A DNA stretch of 64,000 nt from Carcharhinus longimanus (taxonomy: Eukaryota), in the NCBI GenBank assembly GCA_030264375.1, contig JASCQW010000190.1, positions 98,978,714-99,042,713 on the forward strand, in the 5' to 3' direction. Both the position numbers and the translations under genes were made by a program. The notes below the pieces were generated by a model. The model was not told where the DNA came from. It did not search any database and worked only from the letters and a program-made list of their open reading frames with translations. Below, piece by piece: positions 52,310 through 63,687 of the stretch; the stretch's first letter is position 1; every line of letters starts with the position of its first letter.

Positions 52310-52397
52310 AAGTTGCTGCTTTTTTTTTAATTTTTATTTTGGGGATGGGGTGAGATTGATTTGTGGAGGAGCTGAGCTGCGGTGTTGCTGGAAAGGG

Positions 52398-52450
52398 GGA
52401 GAGAGAGAGAGAGAGAGAGATCGCTGCCGCCGCCGCTGCTGCTGCTGCTG
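52398..52450 (+). repeat. (GA)n followed by (GCC)n(GCT)n microsatellite directly 5' of the ATG
   Basis: gagagagagagagagagagaga tcgctgccgccgccgctgctgctgctgctg ATG. Confidence 0.9.
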
Positions 52451-55400
52451 ATGGAGAGGCGAGGAGGGCTGGATGTGTGGCGAGGCGCCTCCGCCGCCGC
52501 CGCCCGCTACCTGCTGCTGGGGCTGCTGGCGCTGCGAGCCGGGGCCGGCGGGCAGGAGCGCGACTACACCCTGCGGGAGGAGCTGCCCGACAACGTGCTG
52601 GTGGCCAACCTGGTGCGGGACCTCAACCTGACGGCGGCGGCGGCGGCCGGGCTGCCGCTCACCTTCAAGCTGGTGTCCAAGACCGGGGACGCCCCGCTGC
52701 TGCGGGTGGAGGGCGGCAGCGGCGAGCTCTACACCACCCCGCACCGCATCGACCGCGAGAAACTCTGCGCCAACGTCTACAGCGACAGCCGCTGCTTCTA
52801 CGAGGTGGAGGTGGCCGTGCTGCCCAACGAGGTCTTCCAGCTGGTCAAGATGCGCTTCCTCATCGAGGATGTCAACGACAACGCGCCCCTCTTCCCCTCG
52901 GCCGTCATCAACATCTCCATCCCGGAGAACACCGCCGTCAACTCCCGCTACTCCATCCCCTCCGCCCTGGACCCCGACGTGGGCATCAATGGCATCCAGC
53001 ACTACGAGCTGCTCAAGGGGCAGAGCGTCTTCGGGCTGGACATCATCGAGACCCCCGAGGGGGACAAGTGGCCGCAGCTGATTGTCCAGCAGAACCTGGA
53101 CCGCGAGCAGAAGGACACCTACGTGATGAAGATCAAGGTGGAGGACGGGGGCTTGCCCCCCAGGTCCAGCACCGCCATCCTCCAGATCACCGTCACCGAC
53201 GTCAACGACAACCGGCCCGTCTTCAAGGAGGGCGAGGTGGACGTCCACATCCCCGAGGACGCGCCGACGGGCACCTCGGTCATCCAGCTGCATGCCACCG
53301 ACGCCGACCTGGGCTCCAACGCCGTGGTCCGCTTCTCCTTCAGCAACCAGGTGTCGGCGCTGGCCAGGCGCCTCTTCGCCGTCGACGCCGCCACCGGCCT
53401 GATCACCGTCAGGCAGCCGCTGGACCGCGAGGAGTTCCCGGTCCACAAGCTGACCATCTTGGCCAGCGACGGCAGCTCGACCCCGTCCAGAGCTGTGGTC
53501 ATCGTCAACATCACCGATGTCAACGACAATGTGCCAACCATCGACACCAGGTACATCATTAACCCCGTAAATGGCACCGTGTTGCTGTCCGAAAACGTAC
53601 CACTTAATACCAAAATCGCACTGATAACAGTCACAGATGAGGATGCAGATTTAAATGGGAAAGTTACCTGCTTCACTGATCACGATGTGCCATATCGTTT
53701 GAAACCTGTGTTTGAAAGCCAGTTCTTGTTAGAGACTGCAGCCTTGCTGGACTATGAGAGCACTAAAGAATATACTATTAAGATAGTGGCTTCTGATGCA
53801 GGCAAACCACCGTTAAATCAATCAGCCACTGTGGTGATTAAACTGAAGGACGAGAATGATAACGCTCCTGTTTTTAATCAGCCTGTAATTGGCCTGTCAA
53901 TCCCTGAAAATAACACCCCTGGTACACAGTTAACAAAAATCAGTGCCACGGACGCAGACAGTGGGAAAAATGCAGAGATCACTTACCTCCTGGGTCCCAA
54001 TGCCCCATCCATCTTCAGTGTAGATCGGAGAACTGGCATTCTGTCAGCCATGAGGAGATTAGACCGTGAGAAGCAAGACCGCTATGTCTTTACAGTACTG
54101 GCCAGGGATGGAGGAAGGCCTTCCATTCAGAGCAATGCTACTGTGGTTGTGACTGTGTTGGATCAAAATGACAACAGCCCTTCCTTCACACACAGTGAGT
54201 ACAACTTCTACGTGCCTGAAAACTTACCCATGTATGGGACAGTTGGACTTATCACAGTTACAGATGCAGATGCTGGAGGTAATGCGGCCGTTAGCCTGTC
54301 CATCTTGAATGACAAAGGTTACTTTATAATTGACCCCACCAGTGGTGTTATCAAGCCCAATATTACATTTGACAGGGAGCAGCAAAGTTCCTACACGTTT
54401 CAAGTCATGGCTGTGGATGGAGGTAGGCCTCAACGGTCTTCAGTGGCCAGGGTGACTATAAATGTCGTTGATGTAAATGACAACAGTCCAGTGTTTGTGT
54501 ACCCTCCATCTAACTTCTCATATGAACTGGTCTCTACTTCCGCTAACCCTGGCTCCGTGGTGGGGAAAGTTTTTGCAATTGACAATGACACAGGGATGAA
54601 CGCAGAGCTTCGCTACAGCATTGTCAGTGGGAACTCCAGAGGACTGTTTGCCATTGATCCAATGACTGGCAATATCACTTTGCAAGAAAAGGTGACTACA
54701 TCAGACCATGGTTTGTACAGACTCGTGGTGAAGGTCATCGACTTGGGACAGCCTGAATCCTTGCATGCCATGGCACTTGTGCATTTGTTTCTGAACGAAA
54801 CCATCAATAATTTCACCTATGTCCAAGAGCTGGTGCGGAAGAGCATGGAGACTCCTTTGGACAAGAATGTTGGGGACAGTCAGATGACTCCACAGACCAA
54901 TGACTATATTAAGATTGTTATTGCCATCATAGCTGGGACTATGACTGTCATCCTTGTCATTTTTGTGACTGCTTTGGTGCGCTGTCGCCACACACCAAGG
55001 CACAAAACTGTGCAGAAGGGGAAACAGAGTGGGGAATGGGTTTCTCCCAATCAGGAAAACAGACAGATTAAGAAAAAGAAACGAAAGAAGAAGAGGTCTC
55101 CAAAGAACCTTCTTCTAAATTTTGTCACCATTGAGGAGTCCAAACCTGACGACCCGGCCCACGAACACATCAATGGCACTTTGGACCTTCCGGTGGAACT
55201 GGAGGATCAGACTATGGGGAAGTACAACTGGGGCAAAACGCCTACCACTTTTAAACCAGATAGTCCCGATCTAGGAAAGCACTACAAGTCGGCCTCCCCA
55301 CAGCCCTCCTTTCAAATCAAGCCAGAGACTCCGGTGCCAGTGAAGAAACACCATGTCATCCAAGAGTTACCGCTGGATAACACATTTGTGGTGGGCTGCG

Positions 55401-55504
55401 ACTCCCTGTCCAAGTGTTCTTCGAGCAGCTCTGACCCCTACAGCGTATCAGAGTGCAGCTGTCAGGGAGGCTTCAAGACTGCAGGGCCAATCCACACCAG
55501 ACAG
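52451..55504 (+). CDS. PCDH11X: Delta-1 protocadherin, PCDH11(X)-like: large first coding exon (signal peptide, EC1-EC7, TM, proximal cytoplasmic domain); partial CDS
   Basis: First in-frame ATG of the 52382..55522 ORF is at 52451, followed by a hydrophobic signal ([16 protein letters not shown]). There are six DxNDN linkers plus a seventh EC, repeated LDRE/LDYE motifs, a TM segment ([22 protein letters not shown]) and a basic KKKKRKKK patch. Motifs recalled as PCDH11- rather than PCDH9-specific: [71 protein letters not shown]. Donor CAG|GTAATG after HTRQ at 55504/55505; read-through gives VMQRF-stop at 55522. Confidence 0.9.
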
Positions 55505-58500
55505 GTAATGCAGAGATTCTAACTGGCCCTCACACAGAGATCTTGTCTTGAAGATTAAAAGCCTTGAATGGTCATGCATGGCTGAGGCATTGAAATGTAA
55601 ACAGCTTGTGATTCATCAATGTTGGAGAGAGAAATTAGAATGAAGTGGCATTTAGCTGGTGGTGATTTGCTGAGTTGTTGTTTCAACAATATTGTCTCTA
55701 GGTGGCACTGTAGTACTTCCTGGGTGTACAGAAAGCTGCAGCAGTTGTGAAAAGTACTGTGAAGTAGCAAGCACAGGAATCCTGAGATGCGTAGTGCAGG
55801 TGCAGTGTGAGGCTGTACAAAATCGATCTTTTGGTTTCTGTTCAGAGACGTTGGCACCAGCAGTAAGGAAGGGAGGAACAGACCACACATTACACAGCAA
55901 AACAGTATCCCATTATACTGAAGAACAAAGACAGCAATATATTTAAAAAAAAACTTGTAATAAAACTGCTGTGAATCAACCATTGCCTTTCTGTTTAAAT
56001 GAACATGCTTTTGTCAGGAATGTTCTGTAATTTCTAAATCTGGAGGTCTCCGGGGAGGAGGGGAAAAGAAGTGCTTCTCAATTCCGTTCCGTAGAATCAG
56101 TGAAATTCTCAAGCTGTCAAACCTCGGAATGTCAGAAACACAACAGCATGATTATTCAAGTTTTGATACACCTAATGTGACTTCTGTATCATCGCGCATG
56201 CTGGAGTCTGGCTGCCTAAATTAATTGTCTATTTTTAAAGTGTTGAACAGGCACGTTGAATTACATAGGCAGCAGGCATACCACGTATCGTCTGTGTCTT
56301 AAGAAATTGATATTGAGTTTACAGAGCCAGCCCCCTGGGTCACAGTTGAAAAATATGCCCTCGTTTTTCTCGTGCCAACCCTTCTAATGCTTTTAACGCA
56401 ACCACATATTTGTGAAAAATAGGAGACTGGGGGTAAATACAAATCCTTGTAGCAAAATGAGGCAGTTAAAAATGAAGAGAAAACGGATATGCACCAAAAT
56501 TATCTTGAGGACTGAGGGGAAAGAACGATGGTGATACAGGTGTTTTCAAAAGCATGTTGATTGACAGATGTGTTGTGGGAGGATGTACTTGCAAACCTTA
56601 ATGGCAACAAAAGTCCTCAAAATGATATGCAAATGTTTCAAATGAAATGGGTGGCAGAACAGTGTGTACTATTGAACATTGTAATGTCTGTTTTAATGTA
56701 GCTCTCTGAATCTCCATTATTCTACTGTGCTGCGTTCCTTTGAGACCTGTTTAACCCTGGTAGGCAAACGGAACCGTAGCTGGAGCCAAACCGCTACCGG
56801 CTTTGCTGCTCAGTTAATTATTCAACTGCTTGGAGGACAATTGCATGTACTGTTTGTCTCAAGTATTTTCCCTGTGAGTAGATTTTGTTTTTGTCTAGCA
56901 TTTTAGGTCAGTAATCTGTGTTATCAATCACACACAAAAAAACGGAGAGAGACTAATAAGATAGGGTTAGTTCACCGAGCAACTTAAAGCTCAAATTCAC
57001 AGAAGCATTTAGCTCCAGGAATTGCGTTTCACTGATTTTTTGGAGCCTATTCATCCATCAATATGCTTGTTTCCTGGTGTGAATAAACATTTCACTGGGT
57101 CCTGTGGCTCTATTCNNNNNNNNNNNNNNNNNNNNNNNNNNNNNNNNNNNNNNNNNNNNNNNNNNNNNNNNNNNNNNNNNNNNNNNNNNNNNNNNNNNNN
57201 NNNNNNNNNNNNNNNNNNNNNNNNNNNNNNNNNNNNATTAGATTGTGGTTTTCCTGAGGATTGGCTGAGCAGTAAACAAGGCTGTAACCTGATTTTGCAG
57301 AACGTGCAATTGAACTGGTGCAGACACTCAGTCATTGCTCAGCTGTGGGCATCTGACAGTATGCCCACTAAAATGACACATGGTTGTCTAGAAAATGCCT
57401 CTTTTTTTTATATAGTGTAGGTTAAGCTTTCCACAGTTGTAGAGAATATATTCTATTGATGATGTTTTTGGGGGGGTTTGTGTGGAAGGGGGAGGGGAGA
57501 GCTTCCCAGATGTTTTGTTCTGGCATTTCCTTAAATTGATGCCCTGTCTTTGTTTTTGTGGTAGAGAGCACTAAAGATACGTGTGCACTTTAATATTAAG
57601 AATGCCATACATATTTAATCAAGTCTGTGAAAATGTTGTATTTTTACCTTTCCAAAAATATGTTTGTTTGACTTCTTTGAACACGTTTATTGAACTATAC
57701 CTCCTACTTAACACAGTGAAGCAGAAACTAGGCTGTAATTAAAGATAAAAGGTGTGATTTAATAATGATAAACCTGTGGCCCTTCTCACCTTTGGTAACT
57801 ATGGTCATGTCATTGTTGATGGTGCTCTTTTAAGATCCATTTGCGGTTACTGGCTTGTGTGAAGTCTTATTGTTACTATATTTACAGTTAATACTGGACA
57901 TGCGTTTTGTTGCATTTCAAGTAAACTGTTTTTCTTTTGAATCTTCACAACAGATTTGAAAATGATAGGTGAGAGCAGCAGCACAGACTTGTTGTACAAT
58001 TCCTACTTAATAATCCCATGGTTAAGCCCTGAATGCCATTTGCAGCTTCCATGGATTACTTCTTTCTGTGGTATTCCATACAGATCTACAATACTGTAGA
58101 TGCTTTATCTGTAACAGTAAATCAAAGAAGCAGAACACATGCAATAAATCAAATAGAGCAGAAAGGTATATGGATTCCACAAGAAATGTTCTTTCAGAGC
58201 TGGCAAACATTATTTGCTCAGGTCATTTGTTTTTGTTTACAGAAATGTTATGTTTTTAAAATTTATATTATACAAGAAGTACAATGTTGAAGTAGTCAGA
58301 ACAGAGTGACCGATTCCCATTTTGGTTACCTCATTTTGGCCATTCAAATTGTCCGAAGAGGGAACTAATCCTATTATTAAACTGAAATACACTAGACAGT
58401 GCTTGTTCGTTTTGAAAGAAGCTGTTCAGTATGGGCTAATGTTCATCCTTGATATTGCAACATGTTGTCATGCAAATTAATTGACTCGAGTGGAACTTTA

Positions 58501-60812
58501 TTGTTACAAACTCACCGGTCTTTAAAGAAAATCCCTGCCTAAATCAGTCAGTTCCCATCAATGCTCTTCACATACTTGGTAGTTTAGTCTTCAGCCTGTG
58601 CCAGTGTGTGTGTTCTGAAGGAGAGGTTACACAAAATGGGTGCTGGAATTGATCTTATTGCCTCTGGACTGAGAATGGGGACAATTGACTTGGTTTGATT
58701 TGGTATTTACTGATTCCAAGAAGCAAGTGTACACCTGTGCACTTCAGTTAAAGGCGGTTAGGCCTAGCTCTGACGACCTGTTGAAGACCTTTGTCACCAC
58801 ACATGAGGAGAGGTCACCTTTTTTGGCAAAGAGCTCAAGGGTGACAGTTGTGTGTGGAACGCACAGCTTTGCAAGATCCAGCCTTCGCAGCAGAGAGCAC
58901 AATACATTTTTTTAAAAATTTGCAACTTAAAAATATTGGTCACATCGATGACAGCCACAAATGAGGCGTAGCCAGACTGCTCGGCTGGTCTGAGTTTGTA
59001 ACAATAAGGTTTGACTGCGTACTTGCAATGTTATGTGAAATGTGCAACATTCAATTTGCACGCTTGTGTATGTTGATTTTATTATTCTTGTGATTTCAAT
59101 GAAGCAATTTGCAGTTGTACCTATTAAAAGCAATAGTTAAATTGAAGAATTTAATCCAATAAGAGTAAGTGCAATGTAGTGTAAAACCGCTCCATTTCAA
59201 TCTTAGTGGTGGACGTACCATTTCTTTCATTTGAATTAAAATTCATTTTGGAATTTATACATTTTCTGTACTTTTGGTATGGCCTGTGTACTTCATTTTG
59301 TATATTTTAGACGCATTTAATGTCTTTTGTGCAAAACCCATTTCCTCATTAAACTTTTTTTGCATTATACTAACACATGAGCAGAATCTTTGGTGTTTCA
59401 AATCTAAGGTCATTGGGAGTGTTGTGTTTTAGTTCTTCAAATCAGCTCATTTTCTACTCTTCTCCATGGCAGTTCTCTCTTTTCTCTGGAATATAAATAT
59501 TGTTGAGAATAGGATTTCGGGAGCATCAGTTAGTCTGTGAAACTTTACTCAAACAACCACTGTTTGCACAGACCTTGACAGTGAGTACCAGACAGATATT
59601 CAACTGCAGTGCATTACATCAGTGCCCATTTCTATCTTCACTTGATATCCATACAAATGCACTGCCACCAAAGTTGTTGCATGTCACTGAGGAGCATATG
59701 GACTCGGAATGATTGTTATCCTGCATAACCCGAGGAAACAGCTAATTGTAATACTAATGGAGGGTAGCTAACTCAGCACAGGATACATTTTAGACACTGG
59801 ATGAACTCATTGAGCCTTTATTGGAGCTGTTTTTAAATTGATATGTAGGAAGAATCCAGGGACTCTCAGGCATTGTATACAAGGGAAAGACTTGGATTTT
59901 TACTCATTTTTTTGTCCATGTGTGATGGACTAGTTCATGCTATTTATTTCCTGTACTTGCTGAACCACCATTCAACAGCTCTCATTACTTTGCCCATGGA
60001 GCCTGCGTAAGTAGGAGACCCTAGATACGAGCTATCACTCTATATGTGGGGGCAGGTGGCAGATATCAATAATTTTAAAACAACAGCACACATGCACTTT
60101 CCAGCTTAGGAATAATGGTTAAGAACACTGGTCTATTTTGTGCCTGTCCTTTATCTTAGGGAAATGTTTGCCAATTGTACAACCAGCTATCTCTGTAAAG
60201 AGCAGCAGTCGAACCAGGAATTCATCTTGGCTGAATTCCATTCTAGGAAGACCATGGATCAAAGGATCTTCTGCTTGATTTCTAATTGGGTGGAACAACA
60301 ACTAATACTTAACACGCTGACTGTAGCAAAAAGACCAAGGGCATTTCAGAGAAACGTCCTCAACATCAGCCACATTAGGAGATACAAAGGCAAATAGGAC
60401 AGGTTTGAGGCATTGCCTTAAAAGAGGGATGAAGTTTAGGGAGTGAATTTAGAGCTAGGGCTCTGGTAGCTAAGGACACAGCTGCCACTGGTGAATTGAT
60501 TGAAATTGGAGACATTCAAAAAACTTAAAATTGGAGGAGCTCAAATGTCTTTGGAGGGTTGTAGGGCTGGAGACGATTCCAGAATTCTGGAAGTGGAAGG
60601 ACATAAGCATTTGAATACAAAAGATGAGTATTTTAAAGTTTGAGGTGTTGCTGAATTGGGGGCCAGCGGGCTCAGGGGTAATGGGTAAATTGGGCTTGAG
60701 GCAAGTAAAGACATGATCAGCAGAGTTTCAGACATCTCTGGTTTACAGAGTGTAGAATTTGGGAAGGTGGCCAGATTTATGAATTGTCGATTCCAAAGAT
60801 AAGGAAAACATG

Positions 60813-60914
60813 GGCCTGGATTCTCCAGTATTCTGTGCCCCACTGCCAAACCTCCATTCACCTCAGCAGGACTGGAGGAATCCCAGTCGTGGATGAAGTT
60901 GGAGAATTCTGGCC
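60813..60914. mobile_element. 102 bp Harbinger/Tourist-like MITE
   Basis: Imperfect TIRs GGCCTGGATTCTCCA ... TGGAGAATTCTGGCC; 3 bp direct repeat ATG on both sides. Confidence 0.65.
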
Positions 60915-61789
60915 ATGGATAAGTGTTTCAACAGAAGATGAGTTGAGACAGGGTGGAGTTAGATGATACAGAGGTGGAAAAATAAAGCATTAGTGATGGT
61001 GCGGTTATGTGGTGAGATGCTCATCTGAACTCTTAAGGTACTTGTCTACTAAATCAATGCTGTTGACAACAGCAGTGCAGATTTCCCTTTTAAACAAGAA
61101 AGACCAAGTTGGAAATGGCGGCATGGGTTATTTAAAGTTAGGAACTGGTTCAAGAGAGTTGCTTCATGTGAGTCAATCTAGGAAACCAGTGGAACAGCAG
61201 AAACTCACAGCCCAATCTAAATGTAAAAAGTATGTTCATCTAAAATCTTCCTCCAGATGTAAGTGTAGAAGTGGCTTTGTTTGCAGATGCAACTGAGCAT
61301 AGTAAGATTATGCAGAAGGAATAGGTTTACACCATCACTTGAACATTTTCCTCTCTTTATGGAGAAAACCAGATCAAAGTAGATGTAAGTTTATAAATGC
61401 TCACCTTCACTATTATAAGATGAACACATTTCAATCCATGCGTCAGTCGTGTTTCACAAAAGAACCTACTCTTTTCAGTGAGAATGGAGTTATCTGTAAT
61501 GACCAATCAGAACAATTGAATAAAACTATCAGGTATTACTTTCTCTTGCTAACTGAACTTGGGCTGCACGTTTTCGAGGTGAACTAATGGTTTCTGAAAA
61601 CTGCAATTATAGTTTTTCTCTTGCCTGTTTGACTTACGAGAATTATACTTAGCAAATAACCTGTAAATATCCAGCTTTTCAAAAAGTGAAACTTTCTCCC
61701 CAAATTCAGTTGTTCTGTCCTGTATCCAAGACTGGTAAAAAGTCTGACAACACCAGGTTTTAGTCCAACCTATTTATTTGATAATATTC

Positions 61790-61824
61790 TCACAAGCTTT
61801 CGGGTTAGACCCTTCGTCAGGTGA
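61790..61824 (-). ncRNA. Minimal type-I hammerhead ribozyme motif (in Penelope-like fragment ~61735-61835)
   Basis: Reverse complement reads TCAC-CTGACGA-A-GGGT-CTA-ACCC-GAAA-GCTT-GTGA. Confidence 0.7.
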
Positions 61825-62016
61825 ATGGAGAGTTCTGGCCTCAGACAGAGCATATAAAGCACAGACAGTTTAGAGTATATTTTGAAGTACTGAGTTACTT
61901 GGATTCTCTTGAATACTCCACCATTAAAAATAATGACAGCACTTCAGAAGTTATTTATTGTCCGTGAAGAGCTTTGAAACATCCTCAAGAGGCAGTAAGG
62001 GGTTATATCAAAGTCA

Positions 62017-62313
62017 GTCACACAGTGGTCAGCACTGCTGCCTCACAGCACTGGGGACCTGGGTTTGATTCACAGCTTGGGTCACTGTCTGTGTGGAGTT
62101 TGCATGTTCTTCTCTTGCCTGCGTGGGTTTCCTCCGGATGCTCCATTTTTTTTCTCACAGTACAAAAGATACACTGGTTCGATGCATTGGCCATGCTAAA
62201 TTCTCCCTCAGTGTACCTGGATAGGTGCCGGAGTGTGGCGACTAAGGGATTTTCGAAGTAACTTCATTGCAGTGTTAACATAAGCCTGCTTGTGACACTA
62301 ATAAATAAACTTT
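62017..62313 (+). mobile_element. V-SINE (tail B)
   Basis: A/B boxes, V-domain, tail ending CTAATAAATAAACTTT. Confidence 0.85.
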
Positions 62314-62789
62314 AAGTAATTGCCGGGGCTGAATATTAAGTGGGGTTAGAATGTTGATTTAAGTTGAAAAATTGCTCAAGATTCCTATATTTGGATTTCA
62401 CCATAGCACTAATGTGTCATCTGATCCAAATTGTTGGCCTTTTTGTAGATGGATTGTAATGCCCGATTATGTTTGTAATTTTGCAATCTCTTTTTAATTT
62501 GTTTCCATGTTCGTGGTGGAGGGCTCTGTCCAATATTCGGGGGAAAAGGAACACACAAGTAGTCAACACCCATGGAATGTTAAGGATAACATTAATAATC
62601 CAAAAAACCATGTAATGAATTGCAGTGCTATATTGGAAGCAGCTAGTCAGTTCCATCTAAAGCTCTGCGCCCGTTCCTGGACACCGACAGTTCAACTTTC
62701 TTTCTAATGACTTCAGCAAGTCATTTTTCAATGCAACAAAAGGCAAAGAATTACCCAATAGGATCAAAAGTTGGCAATGAAAGAAAAAT

Positions 62790-63215
62790 AATGAATAAAC
62801 TCTTCTAATGACCTTGGAACAACCCAACATGCCTCACAGTCAATGAAGTACTAGTGAAATGTTGTTGCTGTTGCAATATGGAAAGGATAACTAGTTTGCA
62901 CAAAGCAAACTCCAACAAACAGTTATAAACTAAATGGCCAGATAATCTGTGTTCAGTATGTTAGTTGAGGTATAAAGGTTGGCCAGGACACTGGGGAAAA
63001 CATCCCTATTTGGAGAGTGGCATGGGTATTTTTACGTCAGATTGGGTCTTGTTTAATATCCCACTAGGGAATAAAAGTATAACTGGGGAAATAAGAACAC
63101 TGGTCTGAAGCGTTCTTGTGGATCTAAAATGGATCATCAGTAAAAAAAAATGGAAATAAGAATACTGATCTGAATTGTTTTTCCTCTGGGACAATGCAGC
63201 ACTCTGTAAGCACAA
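62790..63215 (-). mobile_element. DeuSINE-like element
   Basis: Reverse complement of the Deu-domain motifs (GTTGAGGTATAAAGGTTGGCCAGGACACTGGGGAAAAC, TTTGCACAAAGCAAACTCC, GACAATGCAGCACTC). Confidence 0.65.
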
Positions 63216-63394
63216 AAGAGAATGAAATAATGATCAGGATTAAGTGAAATAATACATTTGCATGGTGTGACATTTTCTTTTTAGTGCCACCAGCAACAAC
63301 CAGAATCTGGCAGTCTTGCTGGATTCACAATGACCGGCTGCCAGCAAGATATGTCAAATAATGGTCCTCCCAACCACCAGCCTTAGTGAGTTCT

Positions 63395-63687
63395 TTATTT
63401 GTTATTGTCGCTGGTTGGGCCAGCATTTTTTGCCTAGCCATGTGGGTCTGGAGTCATATGTAGGCCAGCTAAGTTCAGGACAACAGATTTCCTTCCTTAA
63501 AGGACATTAGAGAACCAGCTGGATTTTTTTAACATGGTTTCATGGCCATCATTAGACTTTTAATTCCAAACTTTAGTTGGATTCGAGTTTTGCCATCTGC
63601 CGTGGGATTTGAACCTGATCTCCCGGAACACTACCGTAGGTCTCTGGATTACTGGTCTAGTGACAATGCCACTACACCACTGCCTCT
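63395..63687 (-). mobile_element. tRNA-derived SINE, third family (partial copies at 23115-23325 + and 38845-38962 -)
   Basis: Minus-strand head GAGGCAGTGGTGTAGTGG...GGTTCAAATCCC. Body and tail are shared with the two partial copies (CCTTTAGGGAAGGAAATCTG, ACATGTGACTCCAGA, GGCAATAAATGCTGGCC), and the tail resembles the LINE end at ~5520-5580. Confidence 0.7.

Noticed and set aside
52382-52450. N-terminal extension [23 protein letters not shown]
   Set aside because: GTG start translating microsatellites; the ATG at 52451 directly precedes the signal peptide.
52334-53446. 370 aa antisense ORF
   Set aside because: Shadow of the GC3-saturated cadherin coding strand; it is limited to the GC-rich segment and has no independent domain signal.
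52363-53562. 399 aa alternative-frame ORF
   Set aside because: Non-ATG start and an R/G/A/P-rich composition expected from a frame-shifted reading of GC-rich codons; it ends where GC content drops.
58769-58800. CTGACGA hammerhead-like box
   Set aside because: No GAAA box after a stem II and no closing stem I.
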